The notes below the pieces were generated by a model. That model ran no database searches, had not been told where the DNA came from, and was given only the letters and a program-made list of their open reading frames with translations. A DNA stretch of 56,234 nucleotides, from the NCBI GenBank assembly GCA_045535235.1, contig JAZSLG010000021.1, positions 1-56,234 on the forward strand. The letters run 5' to 3'. Source of the stretch: Candidatus Stercoripulliclostridium sp. (GTDB lineage: Bacteria; Bacillota; Clostridia; Christensenellales; DTU072). Made by a program: the position numbers and the translations under genes. Positions 18,973 through 28,662 of the stretch are shown one piece after another. Each line of letters opens with the position of its first letter. The first letter of the stretch is position 1.

Positions 18973-20337
18973 ATGTTGAAGCAACACATCCCCACAAAAA
19001 TATATTTATCAGAAGAAGAGATGCCTAGAGCATGGTACAATCTCCGTGCAGATATGGAAAAACTTCCCCCTCTACTAAACCCCGCCACTCGCGAGCCTTG
19101 TACCAAAGAAGAATTAGAAGCAATTTTCTCCAAAGGTTGCGTTGAGCAAGAACTTAACGATACCGATAGATACATTCCCATCCCCGATGAAATTAGGGAT
19201 TTTTATACTATGTATCGCCCCTCTCCTTTAGTTCGCGCATATTGGTTAGAAAAAGCTTTAGGCACCCCTGCCGAAATATATTATAAGAGTGAAGGTAATA
19301 ATACTTCCGGTTCTCACAAACTAAATAGTGCCGTTGCACAAGCATACTACGCCAAACAAGAAGGCATAACCTCTCTTACCACCGAAACAGGTGCCGGACA
19401 ATGGGGTACGGCTCTTTCCATGGCGTGTGCTTTTTACAATATAGATTTAACCGTTTATATGGTCAAGGTTAGCAGTGAACAAAAACCGTTTAGACGTGAA
19501 GTAATGCGTACTTACGGCGCAAAGGTTATTCCATCTCCCTCCGAAACCACCCGCGTTGGTAGAGAAATCCTCAAAAAGCATCCCGGTACCGGTGGTTCAC
19601 TAGGTTGCGCTATCAGTGAAGCAGTAGAAGTTGCAACTTCCACCCCAAACTGTCGCTATGGTTTGGGAAGCGTATTAAATCACGTGCTTCTACACCAATC
19701 CGTTATCGGACTAGAAGCAAAAATCGCCCTTGAAAAATATGGCGTCAAACCCGATATTATCATAGGTTGTGCCGGCGGTGGCTCCAACCTCGGCGGACTT
19801 ATCGCACCTTTTATGGGTGAAAAATTAAGAGGTGAAAACGATTATAGATTTATTGCCGTAGAGCCTAAATCTTGTCCCTCTCTAACTCGTGGTAAATACG
19901 TTTATGATTTTGGAGATACGGGAAGAATCACGCCTCTTATGAAAATGTACACTTTGGGTCACGATTTTATTCCCTCTGCAAACCACGCAGGCGGATTACG
20001 TTATCATGGTATGAATACCACCATTAGCGCGCTATACGACCAAGGGCACATGGAAGCTACTTCCGTAGAACAAACCAGCGTATTTGAAGCGGCAACCTTA
20101 TTTGCTAAAACCGAAGGCATACTCCCCGCGCCGGAGTCTTCACACGCTATTAGAGTCGCCATTGATGAAGCGTTAAAATGCAAAGAAAGTGGCGAAAAGA
20201 AAGTTATCCTATTTGGACTGACGGGTACCGGATATTTTGACCTAGCAGCATATAAACGCTTTAACGACAACGATATGGTAGACTACGTTCCAACGGATGA
20301 AGAAATAGCAAACTCACTAGCAAAACTAAATAACTAA
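18973..20337 (+). CDS. trpB2: TrpB-like PLP-dependent enzyme (TrpB2)
   Basis: 454 aa; MPRAWYN, SGSHKLN, TETGAGQWG, GGGSN, HAGGLRYHG, PAPESSHA. Confidence 0.92.
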   Translation: MLKQHIPTKIYLSEEEMPRAWYNLRADMEKLPPLLNPATREPCTKEELEAIFSKGCVEQELNDTDRYIPIPDEIRDFYTMYRPSPLVRAYWLEKALGTPAEIYYKSEGNNTSGSHKLNSAVAQAYYAKQEGITSLTTETGAGQWGTALSMACAFYNIDLTVYMVKVSSEQKPFRREVMRTYGAKVIPSPSETTRVGREILKKHPGTGGSLGCAISEAVEVATSTPNCRYGLGSVLNHVLLHQSVIGLEAKIALEKYGVKPDIIIGCAGGGSNLGGLIAPFMGEKLRGENDYRFIAVEPKSCPSLTRGKYVYDFGDTGRITPLMKMYTLGHDFIPSANHAGGLRYHGMNTTISALYDQGHMEATSVEQTSVFEAATLFAKTEGILPAPESSHAIRVAIDEALKCKESGEKKVILFGLTGTGYFDLAAYKRFNDNDMVDYVPTDEEIANSLAKLNN

Positions 20338-20352
20338 TTTAAAGAAATGAAT

Positions 20353-20379
20353 AAAAGCACTCAATTGAGTGCTTTTTTT
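20353..20379 (+). terminator. intrinsic terminator
   Basis: AAAAGCACTC-AATT-GAGTGCTTTTTTT. Confidence 0.85.
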
Positions 20380-20488
20380 AATGCTTTTATTTTTACTTAA
20401 TTAAATTTTAATTTGAAAATTTATAATTATAGGTTGAAAACATCCTAGAACGGTGTATAATGTAATCATCTTAAAACGAGGTACTGCT

Positions 20489-20731
20489 ATGAAAGTTGAC
20501 ACTGGCAACATTGTTTCCATTACGGAAGCAAACCAAAATTTCTCCAAAATAGCCCGTTTGGTTGATAAAAATGGTGAAGTGATAATCTTTAAGAACAATA
20601 AAGCAAAATATAAACTTATTGATTTGGAAAACGATGCTACTATAGAAATGAGCGACGATGAAAAAATTGATTTCGTTGCAAACCGCATCTTGAAGCAATA
20701 TCGACTAGCGTTTGAGGAGTTGGCGAAATGA
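20489..20731 (+). CDS. phd: Phd/YefM family antitoxin
   Basis: IVSITEANQNFSKIARLVDKNGEVIIFKNNK; SD GAGG; ATGA overlap with doc. Confidence 0.88.
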   Translation: MKVDTGNIVSITEANQNFSKIARLVDKNGEVIIFKNNKAKYKLIDLENDATIEMSDDEKIDFVANRILKQYRLAFEELAK

Positions 20732-21105
20732 TAAAACTAAGTTTTGAAAAAGTATTAATGCTCCACAAACTAATCTCCGACGAAACGGGCGGAGACCCTA
20801 ACGTTCGTGATACCGCTTTATTGGATAGTGCATTAGAATCGGCATTCCAAACCTTTGATGGAAAAGAACTTTATCCTAGCAAAGAAGAAAAAGGAGCGCG
20901 CATTGGCTACTCCTTGATTTCAAATCACGCTTTCGTAGATGGCAACAAAAGAATAGGAATGTTCGTCCTTTTAATATTCTTAGAGATTAACGGCGTTAAA
21001 ATTCATCCAACTGTTGACGAGGTTGCACGAGTCGGTTTAGACGTAGCCTCCGGTAAAATGAAATATTACGATTTGTTGGACTGGATACTAGAAAACAAAC
21101 AGTAA
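20728..21105 (+). CDS. doc: Doc (death-on-curing, Fic-fold) toxin
   Basis: HAFVDGNKR Doc-type motif, LYPSKEEKGA. Confidence 0.92.
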   Translation: MIKLSFEKVLMLHKLISDETGGDPNVRDTALLDSALESAFQTFDGKELYPSKEEKGARIGYSLISNHAFVDGNKRIGMFVLLIFLEINGVKIHPTVDEVARVGLDVASGKMKYYDLLDWILENKQ

Positions 21106-21106
21106 A

Positions 21107-22030
21107 TTACTTTTTCTTTAGCATATACCAATAGCCGTTAGGGTTGTTGGGAATAGGCTCCTTGTGTTCTACGTACTCAGGCAAGAAGGGAAGTAACTTT
21201 GCCATTAGTTGAGATATATTTTTAGAATCATAGTTTTCCGGGATAAAGTCTGCGAATTGACGCTTCATGCGACTGCCGATATTACTATAATAGGCAACAC
21301 CTTCTTCCGATGACTCAATATCATTTTCAATAATATTTTTGAGGGCGGAAAGTTTTTCAGGCTCCAAAATGCACACAGGCTTTTTGGGCGTGTTCTTTTG
21401 GTTGTTCTTTTTGGCTTTAGTACTCTTTGAAACCTTTGGGGCATCCTTTTTCTCAGTTTTGGGAGCCTTAACTTCCTTGTTTTCTTCTTTTGGTTCTTCC
21501 TTGTTTTCTTCCAAAGTAGACTCTTGTATATCTTCTTCTATACTTTCGCCAAGATAGACGAATTCCGAAAAGGCGTTAACAAACTCTTGTATTGCCCTAC
21601 TCCTTTCTCCCATGCCGATAACTTCTTTGTTTTGCTCGCGTAGTTCTTGTGCAAGACGGGTAAAATCGGAATCGTTGGATACTAAACAGAACGTAGTAAC
21701 GTAGGGCTTTTCATATAAAATTTTCATAGCTTGAATAGTCAAAGCTATATCCGAAGTGTTTTTTCCAACGACGTAACTAAATTGTTGTACCGCCGTCATA
21801 GAGTGTCTACTTGCCTCGTTGCGCCATCCTTCTATTTGTTTAGTACGATAGACGTATTTACCGTTTGTTTTGGTTTGCGACCCGGTTATTTTAGTCCAAT
21901 CCGCGACTACCATTTTAACCAATATCTTGCCTTTTTGCTCCATCGTATCGATGATTTGACGAGCGTTTTTATAAGAAACGTTTTCAGCGTCTATTAAAAT
22001 TGCTATTTTTGAGTGTTTGTCGTATTCCAT
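21107..22030 (-). CDS. NYN domain protein with probable C-terminal OST-HTH/LOTUS domain
   Basis: IDAEN, GKNTSDIAL, VSNDSDF motifs; charged linker; C-terminal GSRMKRQFADFIPENY. Confidence 0.85.
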   Translation of the reverse strand: MEYDKHSKIAILIDAENVSYKNARQIIDTMEQKGKILVKMVVADWTKITGSQTKTNGKYVYRTKQIEGWRNEASRHSMTAVQQFSYVVGKNTSDIALTIQAMKILYEKPYVTTFCLVSNDSDFTRLAQELREQNKEVIGMGERSRAIQEFVNAFSEFVYLGESIEEDIQESTLEENKEEPKEENKEVKAPKTEKKDAPKVSKSTKAKKNNQKNTPKKPVCILEPEKLSALKNIIENDIESSEEGVAYYSNIGSRMKRQFADFIPENYDSKNISQLMAKLLPFLPEYVEHKEPIPNNPNGYWYMLKKK

Positions 22031-22050
22031 ATATTTTCCCCTCTATCTTT

Positions 22051-23247
22051 TTATTGCGCACGAAGTGCGTCTATGGGATTTAGTTTTGCAGCCTTTCTAG
22101 CTGGTAGTATACCAAATATTAATCCTACCGTAACGGAGAAACCTACGGCAAGCAGTACCGTCGTTGCTTGGAAAGTAAATTTGTAACCAATAAGTATACT
22201 TGCGACGTATGCAATCGTTGCGCCAAGCGCAACGCCTAAAACGCCTCCCAACATACTTATTATAACAGCTTCAACCAAAAATTGCACCAAGATGGTGGAA
22301 GGTTTTGCACCGAGTGCTTTTCTTAGACCAATTTCCATAGTTCTTTCGCTAACGGAAACCAACATCATATTCATTATACCTATACCACCTACCAAAAGTG
22401 CAATAGCGGCGATTCCGCCAAGCATACCAAGGATAAGGTCGGTTATAGTAACTACTATATCCATAACTTCTTGTTGATTTATAACACTATATCCACTGGT
22501 GGTACCCAAAATTTCGGCACATCTGTCTTCCATTTGTGAAACCACTATACCCATATCTCCACTATCACTAACTACGGCGTCAAAGGTTTTCACAAGCCCC
22601 ATTTGTAGATCTCGCATGGCGGTAGTATAAGGTACTATTAACGAATAATTACCCGCCGTGTCCAAGCCAACCAACTCGTTCATTATTCCTATGATTACGA
22701 AATCCATATTTAATATTTTTATGGTTTCGCCAATAGGATTATAATTGCCGTATAGGTTTTTCCATATTCCGTAACCCAATATACAAACGTGAGTCGCGTT
22801 ATTAATATCGTCACCGTTAATAGAACGACCTGCTTTTATCGTATCGTTTGCAACAAGTTCAAAATAGTAGTTATTTACGCCCATAACTCTGGTTGCAGAC
22901 TGATAAATGTAGTTATAATTTGATTTAGTTTCATTAGGAACGAGAGTGTAAACCAAATTTTTCCTAACGGTTGGTGACACACCGTCAATACCTTCTATTT
23001 CTAAAAATGATTCCATTTCGGAATCGGTAAACCCCTTCCTTACGTTAGTATTCGTTATTTCCACCGTCACTCTATTACCACCAAGGCCGGATAATTGGTC
23101 TATGACCGAACTAGTTACACCTTGTCCAATGGTAATAAGTGCAATGATGGAAGTGATACCTATTATTATGCCCAAAGTGGTAAGGAAGGTCCTCATCTTA
23201 TTCATAAGAAGATTTTTGAAGCTCATTTTGATTATATCTTTAAACAT
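22051..23247 (-). CDS. MacB/FtsX-like ABC permease
   Basis: RTFLTTLGIIIG, GGIGIMNMMLVSVSERTMEIGLRKALGA, PARKAAKLNPIDALR. Confidence 0.93.
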   Translation of the reverse strand: MFKDIIKMSFKNLLMNKMRTFLTTLGIIIGITSIIALITIGQGVTSSVIDQLSGLGGNRVTVEITNTNVRKGFTDSEMESFLEIEGIDGVSPTVRKNLVYTLVPNETKSNYNYIYQSATRVMGVNNYYFELVANDTIKAGRSINGDDINNATHVCILGYGIWKNLYGNYNPIGETIKILNMDFVIIGIMNELVGLDTAGNYSLIVPYTTAMRDLQMGLVKTFDAVVSDSGDMGIVVSQMEDRCAEILGTTSGYSVINQQEVMDIVVTITDLILGMLGGIAAIALLVGGIGIMNMMLVSVSERTMEIGLRKALGAKPSTILVQFLVEAVIISMLGGVLGVALGATIAYVASILIGYKFTFQATTVLLAVGFSVTVGLIFGILPARKAAKLNPIDALRAQ

Positions 23248-24028
23248 TCATAAGCCTCCTTCTCCTACGCTCACGCAAAGTAGGTTGAGATTCCACGTCC
23301 TCGTGCTTAACTCCATCCTCGTTATAGATAGCCTCGTATTCTTCTTGGCTATATATTTTACCATCCAAAATATGCACTATACGACCTGCTTGACGAGCTA
23401 TTTTGGGGTCGTGGGTTATCATTATTATCGTTTTACCCTCTTTGTTAAGTTCCTTAAAAAGCTCCATTATTTGTGCGCCGGTAGCTTGGTCAAGGGCGCC
23501 GGTTGGTTCGTCTGCTAGTATTATGGAGGGGTCTGCTACCATTGCACGTGCGATAGCAACGCGTTGTTGTTGACCACCGGACAATTGTTTTGGCTTATGA
23601 AGCATTTTGTCGCCCAGTCCCACTTTATTAAGAAGAACCATGGCTCTTTGCTTTCTTTCCTTACTGGGAACTCTTGCATAAATTAACGGTAGTATTACGT
23701 TATCGAGAGAACTCATTCGATTAAGCAATTGGAAATTTTGAAAAACAAATCCTATATCGCGATTTCTAACCGCCGCCAACTCTCTATCTTTAAGCTTACT
23801 AATATCTCTACCATTAAGAACGTAGCTACCACTAGAAGCCACGTCAAGACACCCTATGATATTCATAAGCGTACTTTTACCGCTTCCCGAAGGTCCTAGG
23901 ACTGCCACAAATTCGCGTTGGTACACGTCAAAATTGACGTCGAACAACACCTGCAATTCCCCATCCCCCATTGGGTACGATTTATTTATTCCTTTCATAG
24001 AAAGGGTAATTTTGCGATTATTAAACAT
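23240..24028 (-). CDS. ABC transporter ATP-binding protein (LolD/MacB type)
   Basis: GPSGSGKST, LSGGQQQR, LADEPTGALD, ITHD. Confidence 0.95.
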   Translation of the reverse strand: MFNNRKITLSMKGINKSYPMGDGELQVLFDVNFDVYQREFVAVLGPSGSGKSTLMNIIGCLDVASSGSYVLNGRDISKLKDRELAAVRNRDIGFVFQNFQLLNRMSSLDNVILPLIYARVPSKERKQRAMVLLNKVGLGDKMLHKPKQLSGGQQQRVAIARAMVADPSIILADEPTGALDQATGAQIMELFKELNKEGKTIIMITHDPKIARQAGRIVHILDGKIYSQEEYEAIYNEDGVKHEDVESQPTLRERRRRRLMNV

Positions 24029-24031
24029 AAC

Positions 24032-25444
24032 TTATCCTAGTATTGAACTAATGAGTGAAGATTCAGCCTTGTAAACTATTTTATCTCCCTCTACAAGAGC
24101 ATCTTCGTCCTTTTCATTTTTTACTTCTACCGCTGCCTCGGAGCCCGTTGAAAGAAGCACTTTAACGTATACTCTAATTTCCTTATTATCTCGCTTTACC
24201 AGCACGTATGCGTTCCTTGCATCGTCGTAAAAAATACATTTGGTGGGTATGATAAGTTTATCTAGTACCGCAGTCTTTTGTACTCTTACAGCTACCGAAT
24301 AGTTTTCAAGTACTTCTTCGCGAACGACCATATCGGTAACGTCAACGCCAAGAGCTTCCACCTTTTCCGGAGTCAACTCTTCGTCGTAATATGAGTATGA
24401 AGAATATTTGAGAGAGGTTTCTCCCTTTCTTTTTGCCGATTGTGCAGCGCTGGAATGTAAGTTTTCTTCCTTAGTTAAATCAAGAGTATCTTCTATACCA
24501 AAAATTATTTTTGCCTTAACCGCATAATAGGCAATGCCGGAACTGTAACTACCATTAATGATCTCTTGAATATCAGCAACCACTTTTTTACCGCCAAGAG
24601 CGTTAATCGTAACGCCTGCGTAAACCTTTTTATTAGCGCGTAGTTTGGCATCTATTTCCGCGACGTCATATTCCGTAACGGTAAAAGATGTGTACAATTG
24701 GGATAGCTCAATCTTAAATAGTCTTTGGTCAATAGTTATTGCATCGCCCTCTTCTAGAGTAAGTTGGGAGATGGTATACTCCAAAGCGGTATCTTCTTCC
24801 AATATTACAGTCTTTTCAATTATTTCCTTGATATAATCAGTATCTATACTTACTTTATCCTCTTTTTTGGTAGACAACTTTAGATATTCGCTAGGAATAT
24901 CAAAGGGATTATCCTTGTTCGTCATTATTAACATGAAAATAAAATCGGAAGTGGTTGCACCTTCTTGCATATCACCTTTTTCAATAGCGTCGTCCTTGGC
25001 CTCTTCCAATTTTGACCAGTCTAAATAATAAGGCATTACTTCCATGATAATTTGATTTTCATCGGTAGTGCGTAACACGTTTTTAACGTCCGCAAAATCA
25101 TGATTTATATAAGTGATTTCATAAACAATTGGCGCGGTGTTAGAGTTAATAAAAGCATAGGTCCAGTTAAAATCGTCCCCCGCATACTCCTTAATAGACT
25201 CTAGGTCGGTAACGTCGTTCACACAAGCGAATAAAGGAATATAATTATTTATGCCAGCGCTCACTACTACGCCACTAGCGTTAATTGAGGTAGAAAGTGA
25301 ACCGCGAGTAACGGATGCTTCCGCCGTTTGCACTTCCTTATTATCCAATGAAATGACCACTATTGTAGCAATTAGGGCAATGATGACGACTGCTACGATG
25401 ACGGTAATAATAATATTCTTTTTAGTCCAAAACTTAGATTTCAT
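24032..25444 (-). CDS. MacA-like membrane-anchored adaptor subunit, divergent
   Basis: N-terminal TM, VTRGSLSTSINASGVV, VTEYDVAEI, LIIPTKCI, LVEGDKIV; first gene of the ABC operon; start at 25444 (SD GGAG). Confidence 0.7.
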   Translation of the reverse strand: MKSKFWTKKNIIITVIVAVVIIALIATIVVISLDNKEVQTAEASVTRGSLSTSINASGVVVSAGINNYIPLFACVNDVTDLESIKEYAGDDFNWTYAFINSNTAPIVYEITYINHDFADVKNVLRTTDENQIIMEVMPYYLDWSKLEEAKDDAIEKGDMQEGATTSDFIFMLIMTNKDNPFDIPSEYLKLSTKKEDKVSIDTDYIKEIIEKTVILEEDTALEYTISQLTLEEGDAITIDQRLFKIELSQLYTSFTVTEYDVAEIDAKLRANKKVYAGVTINALGGKKVVADIQEIINGSYSSGIAYYAVKAKIIFGIEDTLDLTKEENLHSSAAQSAKRKGETSLKYSSYSYYDEELTPEKVEALGVDVTDMVVREEVLENYSVAVRVQKTAVLDKLIIPTKCIFYDDARNAYVLVKRDNKEIRVYVKVLLSTGSEAAVEVKNEKDEDALVEGDKIVYKAESSLISSILG

Positions 25445-25559
25445 TTCGTACTCCGAAAAATTGATATTGCTATAATAACATAACTTCACTTAATTATATA
25501 ATAATTTAGCCACATTAAGCTACTTTATTTGCCTATTTTTTACTGTGGAAATCATAAAA

Positions 25560-25583
25560 TAAGCACTCTATTAAGAGTGCTTA
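25560..25583 (-). terminator. probable intrinsic terminator
   Basis: TAAGCACTCT-ATTA-AGAGTGCTTA inverted repeat. Confidence 0.6.
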
Positions 25584-25588
25584 AACCA

Positions 25589-26605
25589 CTAATTTACCTT
25601 ACGAATTTCGTTACCGTTTAAAACTTCATACCCAACGACGTATCCAGCCCTTATCATTCCACCAAGATTACGCATGAACTCGTACTTCTTTTTTCTCTTT
25701 AATTCTAGCATAAGTTCATCTACTGTTTTGCACTTTCCCTCATCAAGTAAGCGTTGTATTTTTTTTGCATCAAAGATGGTGTTAAACATGGAAAAACTTG
25801 CTAGTCCTGCAAGTACGAAGCAAATTATACCCACCATCTTATATCCTTCAAACAGGAACCCAATCGTTAAAGTTACGATAGCTAAAATAGCAAAAGTAAC
25901 TCCATAAGCATATTCTTTGATAGGTTTTTTAGGGATAAGATTCGCTCTAATGTTCCCAGTAGAAATAAGGTTTTCCTCCTTTAACTCTTGCAAGCTTATT
26001 TCCTTTGCTTCGTCCTTTAATTCTTCGCATTCAAAAGAGTTTTCTTTGTCTTCCGGCATTTCCTCAATACTTACCTTAACAACCCTTTCGTTCTCTTCTT
26101 CTATTAAAGAAATTTCGTACTCGTTTTTATTATCCACATTTTCTCCAATCAATTTTAAGGCATATTTTTTAACGTACACTGCTACTACTGCCATAACTTT
26201 GTTATATTCGGTTTGATTGATTGCAAGGAATGGGTCGGGAATGGCTTTATATTTTTCCCCCGACGCCTCACTCAAATTAACGTATTTATGGCGGATACTC
26301 TTTGGCAAGCACCATTTGTGCCATCTTGTCATACCAATTATAACGTCGCTTTCTAAAAACAGCGTTAAATTATCCTTTATAAAACGTGGTTTGTGTGCCT
26401 CCAGTACACTCTCCTCAAAGCCCTCGGCGATAAGAGCTTGTTTTGCCTTGGAATGTAGTTTTTGAGAACGATTAAATACCGCGCCTGAGTTGCACTCGCT
26501 AACTATCTCTTTAAGAGCAGGATATTCTTCCATATATCTCTTAAAATGAAACTCACAATAAGGGCTTCTACATACGTTAGAGCTACACACGAAAAGTATT
26601 TTCAT
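25589..26605 (-). CDS. low-molecular-weight protein-tyrosine-phosphatase domain fused to a two-TM membrane module
   Basis: ILFVCSSNVCRS (CX5R) and IPDPF; acidic linker; two hydrophobic helices near the C-terminus. Confidence 0.75.
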   Translation of the reverse strand: MKILFVCSSNVCRSPYCEFHFKRYMEEYPALKEIVSECNSGAVFNRSQKLHSKAKQALIAEGFEESVLEAHKPRFIKDNLTLFLESDVIIGMTRWHKWCLPKSIRHKYVNLSEASGEKYKAIPDPFLAINQTEYNKVMAVVAVYVKKYALKLIGENVDNKNEYEISLIEEENERVVKVSIEEMPEDKENSFECEELKDEAKEISLQELKEENLISTGNIRANLIPKKPIKEYAYGVTFAILAIVTLTIGFLFEGYKMVGIICFVLAGLASFSMFNTIFDAKKIQRLLDEGKCKTVDELMLELKRKKKYEFMRNLGGMIRAGYVVGYEVLNGNEIRKVN

Positions 26606-26631
26606 AATTAATTTCCTATCTCTTCAAATAA

Positions 26632-27687
26632 TTAGTGAATGTTGGAATAAAGCTTAATTTCCTCACCAATTACAGCAATTATTCCGTTATAGTCTGCAGT
26701 TGCATATTGAGAGCTTCTACTATTCAAAGTAACCCTCATTCTAACTGTAAAAGTAGCTTTGTTCCTAAAATTCGTATAGATAGCAATCTTGGGTTGGGTA
26801 CGTGTCAAAAATGGAGTACCCGAAGAATATCCGTATCCGTGGTGACCCAACTTAACCAAATCAACCTTGCCTATTTCCTTGCTTATTGCTTGCTCATCGC
26901 CGTCAAGATAATTAACGTCCGCCATGAGAAGAATTTTTTTATCTCCGTCCTCAACGTAAAGAGCAACGGCATTTTCGTTTTCACCAATACCGGTTTCCTT
27001 GGGTGCCTCCGTATTCAAAAATCTTAATTTGAAAGTACCAAGCTTAAACTGCTCTGTAGGAATATCTTGGATAAGCGTAATTCCGCGTGCTTTTACTGCG
27101 GAAAGCATTTGGTTATAAACCTCTTCGTTATCCCATTCTTCAACCTCTTGCTCTTTGATAAAATAAGGCTCGTAACATTTTAAGTAAGCTTTATCTACGA
27201 TAATATTTTCGTCCGCAAGGAGAGTATCAAACCCACCAATATGGTCGGAGTGCGAATGAGTTCCTAATATAAAATCAAAGTGAACCTTGCCGTTTTCGTC
27301 TGCAAAATTGTCCTTAACGTATTTTAATACGCGTTCTTCAAAGCCCTTTAATTCCAATTCCTCAAGATTACGAGGATTATCGCTATCCTCCGCACAATCT
27401 ATCATTGCGATATGACCGTTTGATTCCAAAATTATACAATCGCTACTTTCGGTGTTAAGAAAATGTATTTTATTGCCACTAGATACCTCTCCGTTTGAAA
27501 GCGCCTCGCGATAGTCTACCGGCTTATTAATATGGGTGGTAATACCGTAAATTATGCCGTAAGAGGCCAACAATAAAACCAATCCCAGTGTCAATAGAGC
27601 GCCAACGAGAGCCAGAATAATCTTTTTCTTTTTGGGGCGTGGACTTTGTTTATAGTAATCGATTGCACTTAACGTTTGTTGACTCAT
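26632..27687 (-). CDS. membrane-anchored MBL-fold metallohydrolase (ComEC/Pce-like)
   Basis: N-terminal TM; THSHSDHIGG, ENENA, KLGHHG. Confidence 0.85.
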   Translation of the reverse strand: MSQQTLSAIDYYKQSPRPKKKKIILALVGALLTLGLVLLLASYGIIYGITTHINKPVDYREALSNGEVSSGNKIHFLNTESSDCIILESNGHIAMIDCAEDSDNPRNLEELELKGFEERVLKYVKDNFADENGKVHFDFILGTHSHSDHIGGFDTLLADENIIVDKAYLKCYEPYFIKEQEVEEWDNEEVYNQMLSAVKARGITLIQDIPTEQFKLGTFKLRFLNTEAPKETGIGENENAVALYVEDGDKKILLMADVNYLDGDEQAISKEIGKVDLVKLGHHGYGYSSGTPFLTRTQPKIAIYTNFRNKATFTVRMRVTLNSRSSQYATADYNGIIAVIGEEIKLYSNIH

Positions 27688-27700
27688 ACTTACTACTCCT

Positions 27701-28660
27701 CTAACACTTTGAAAGGTGTTCGTAATAGGCGTTTTTTACCTCTTCGGGTGCAACTATTTTGATTTTGCCTCCACTCGTTGCACACCAACCGAAAAAGGTA
27801 GGGCTTACTTGTACCGTTACTTTTACCCTAAACTTTTCGTCGTTTAACTTTAGCATGTTAACCTTTTCGCCAAATTTATCAATAATAACGTCAACCGCCT
27901 TATTGTCGCACTCTAACGAAACCTCTTTACTTTCGCCTTTATACATTGAAAACGCTTGTTTTTTGTAGGCGTTAATATCAAAGTCCTTTAGCCACTCGGG
28001 TTTAATTATCTTTTCTCCCTCCGGCATAACTTTGTCCATACGGTCAATGCGATAGGTAGCTACGTTTTCATATTTGTCGCCGTAGGCAATAAGGTAATAT
28101 TTATCTTCAGAAAAGGTAAGAGCCAAGGGATTTGTGACGTAACGTTTGCGTTCTTTACGGTATAGTCTTGAGCCTTCTACGTCATAGTCAAAGTATAAAA
28201 ACGAGCATTTCATACCGCCCCTAATACAACCATCTATAGTATCAACGGCGTTAAAAACGTTCTCGTTAGTGTGCTTTACTGTTGAAAATTTGGAAAGATT
28301 AACAAAAGATTCCGCACGCCTTTCGCCGGCTAATCGCGAAATTTTCCCAACGAGTTCGTCGGTTTTCTTTTCGGTAATAAAAGCAGAAGATTCCACGGCG
28401 TCTATTAGTATCCTAAGTTCAGCATCACTAAAAACCTTCGTACTAACGTAATAACGCTCCTCTCCTCGTACTTCGTTAACGCCAAATCCCCAGTCTTTTA
28501 ATAATTTTAGGTCCTCTTTAACCTCTTTAATACTACTAGGCAAGCCCTCTAAATTTAGAGTTTGAGCAATTTCAAAAGAGCCGATTGCGACCGTGCTATC
28601 GGTATAGTTTTTTAGTAATTGATATATCGCAAGCGGTCTTATCTTTTGGTTTTCTTTCAT
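27701..28660 (-). CDS. WYL-domain transcriptional regulator
   Basis: N-terminal wHTH, ELRILIDAV, YYLIAY, YRIDRM, VSPTFFGW. Confidence 0.9.
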   Translation of the reverse strand: MKENQKIRPLAIYQLLKNYTDSTVAIGSFEIAQTLNLEGLPSSIKEVKEDLKLLKDWGFGVNEVRGEERYYVSTKVFSDAELRILIDAVESSAFITEKKTDELVGKISRLAGERRAESFVNLSKFSTVKHTNENVFNAVDTIDGCIRGGMKCSFLYFDYDVEGSRLYRKERKRYVTNPLALTFSEDKYYLIAYGDKYENVATYRIDRMDKVMPEGEKIIKPEWLKDFDINAYKKQAFSMYKGESKEVSLECDNKAVDVIIDKFGEKVNMLKLNDEKFRVKVTVQVSPTFFGWCATSGGKIKIVAPEEVKNAYYEHLSKC

Positions 28661-28662
28661 CG

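Noticed and set aside
20353-25583. Similar hairpins AAGCACTC...GAGTGCTT at ~20355 and ~25561 as mobile-element ends
   Set aside because: Only an 8-bp stem is shared, both sit directly after stop codons as terminators, and no transposase or integrase lies between them.
27701-28660. WYL gene as marker of a defence island
   Set aside because: Neighbours are aro genes, an anchored MBL hydrolase and a phosphatase; no recognisable defence genes.
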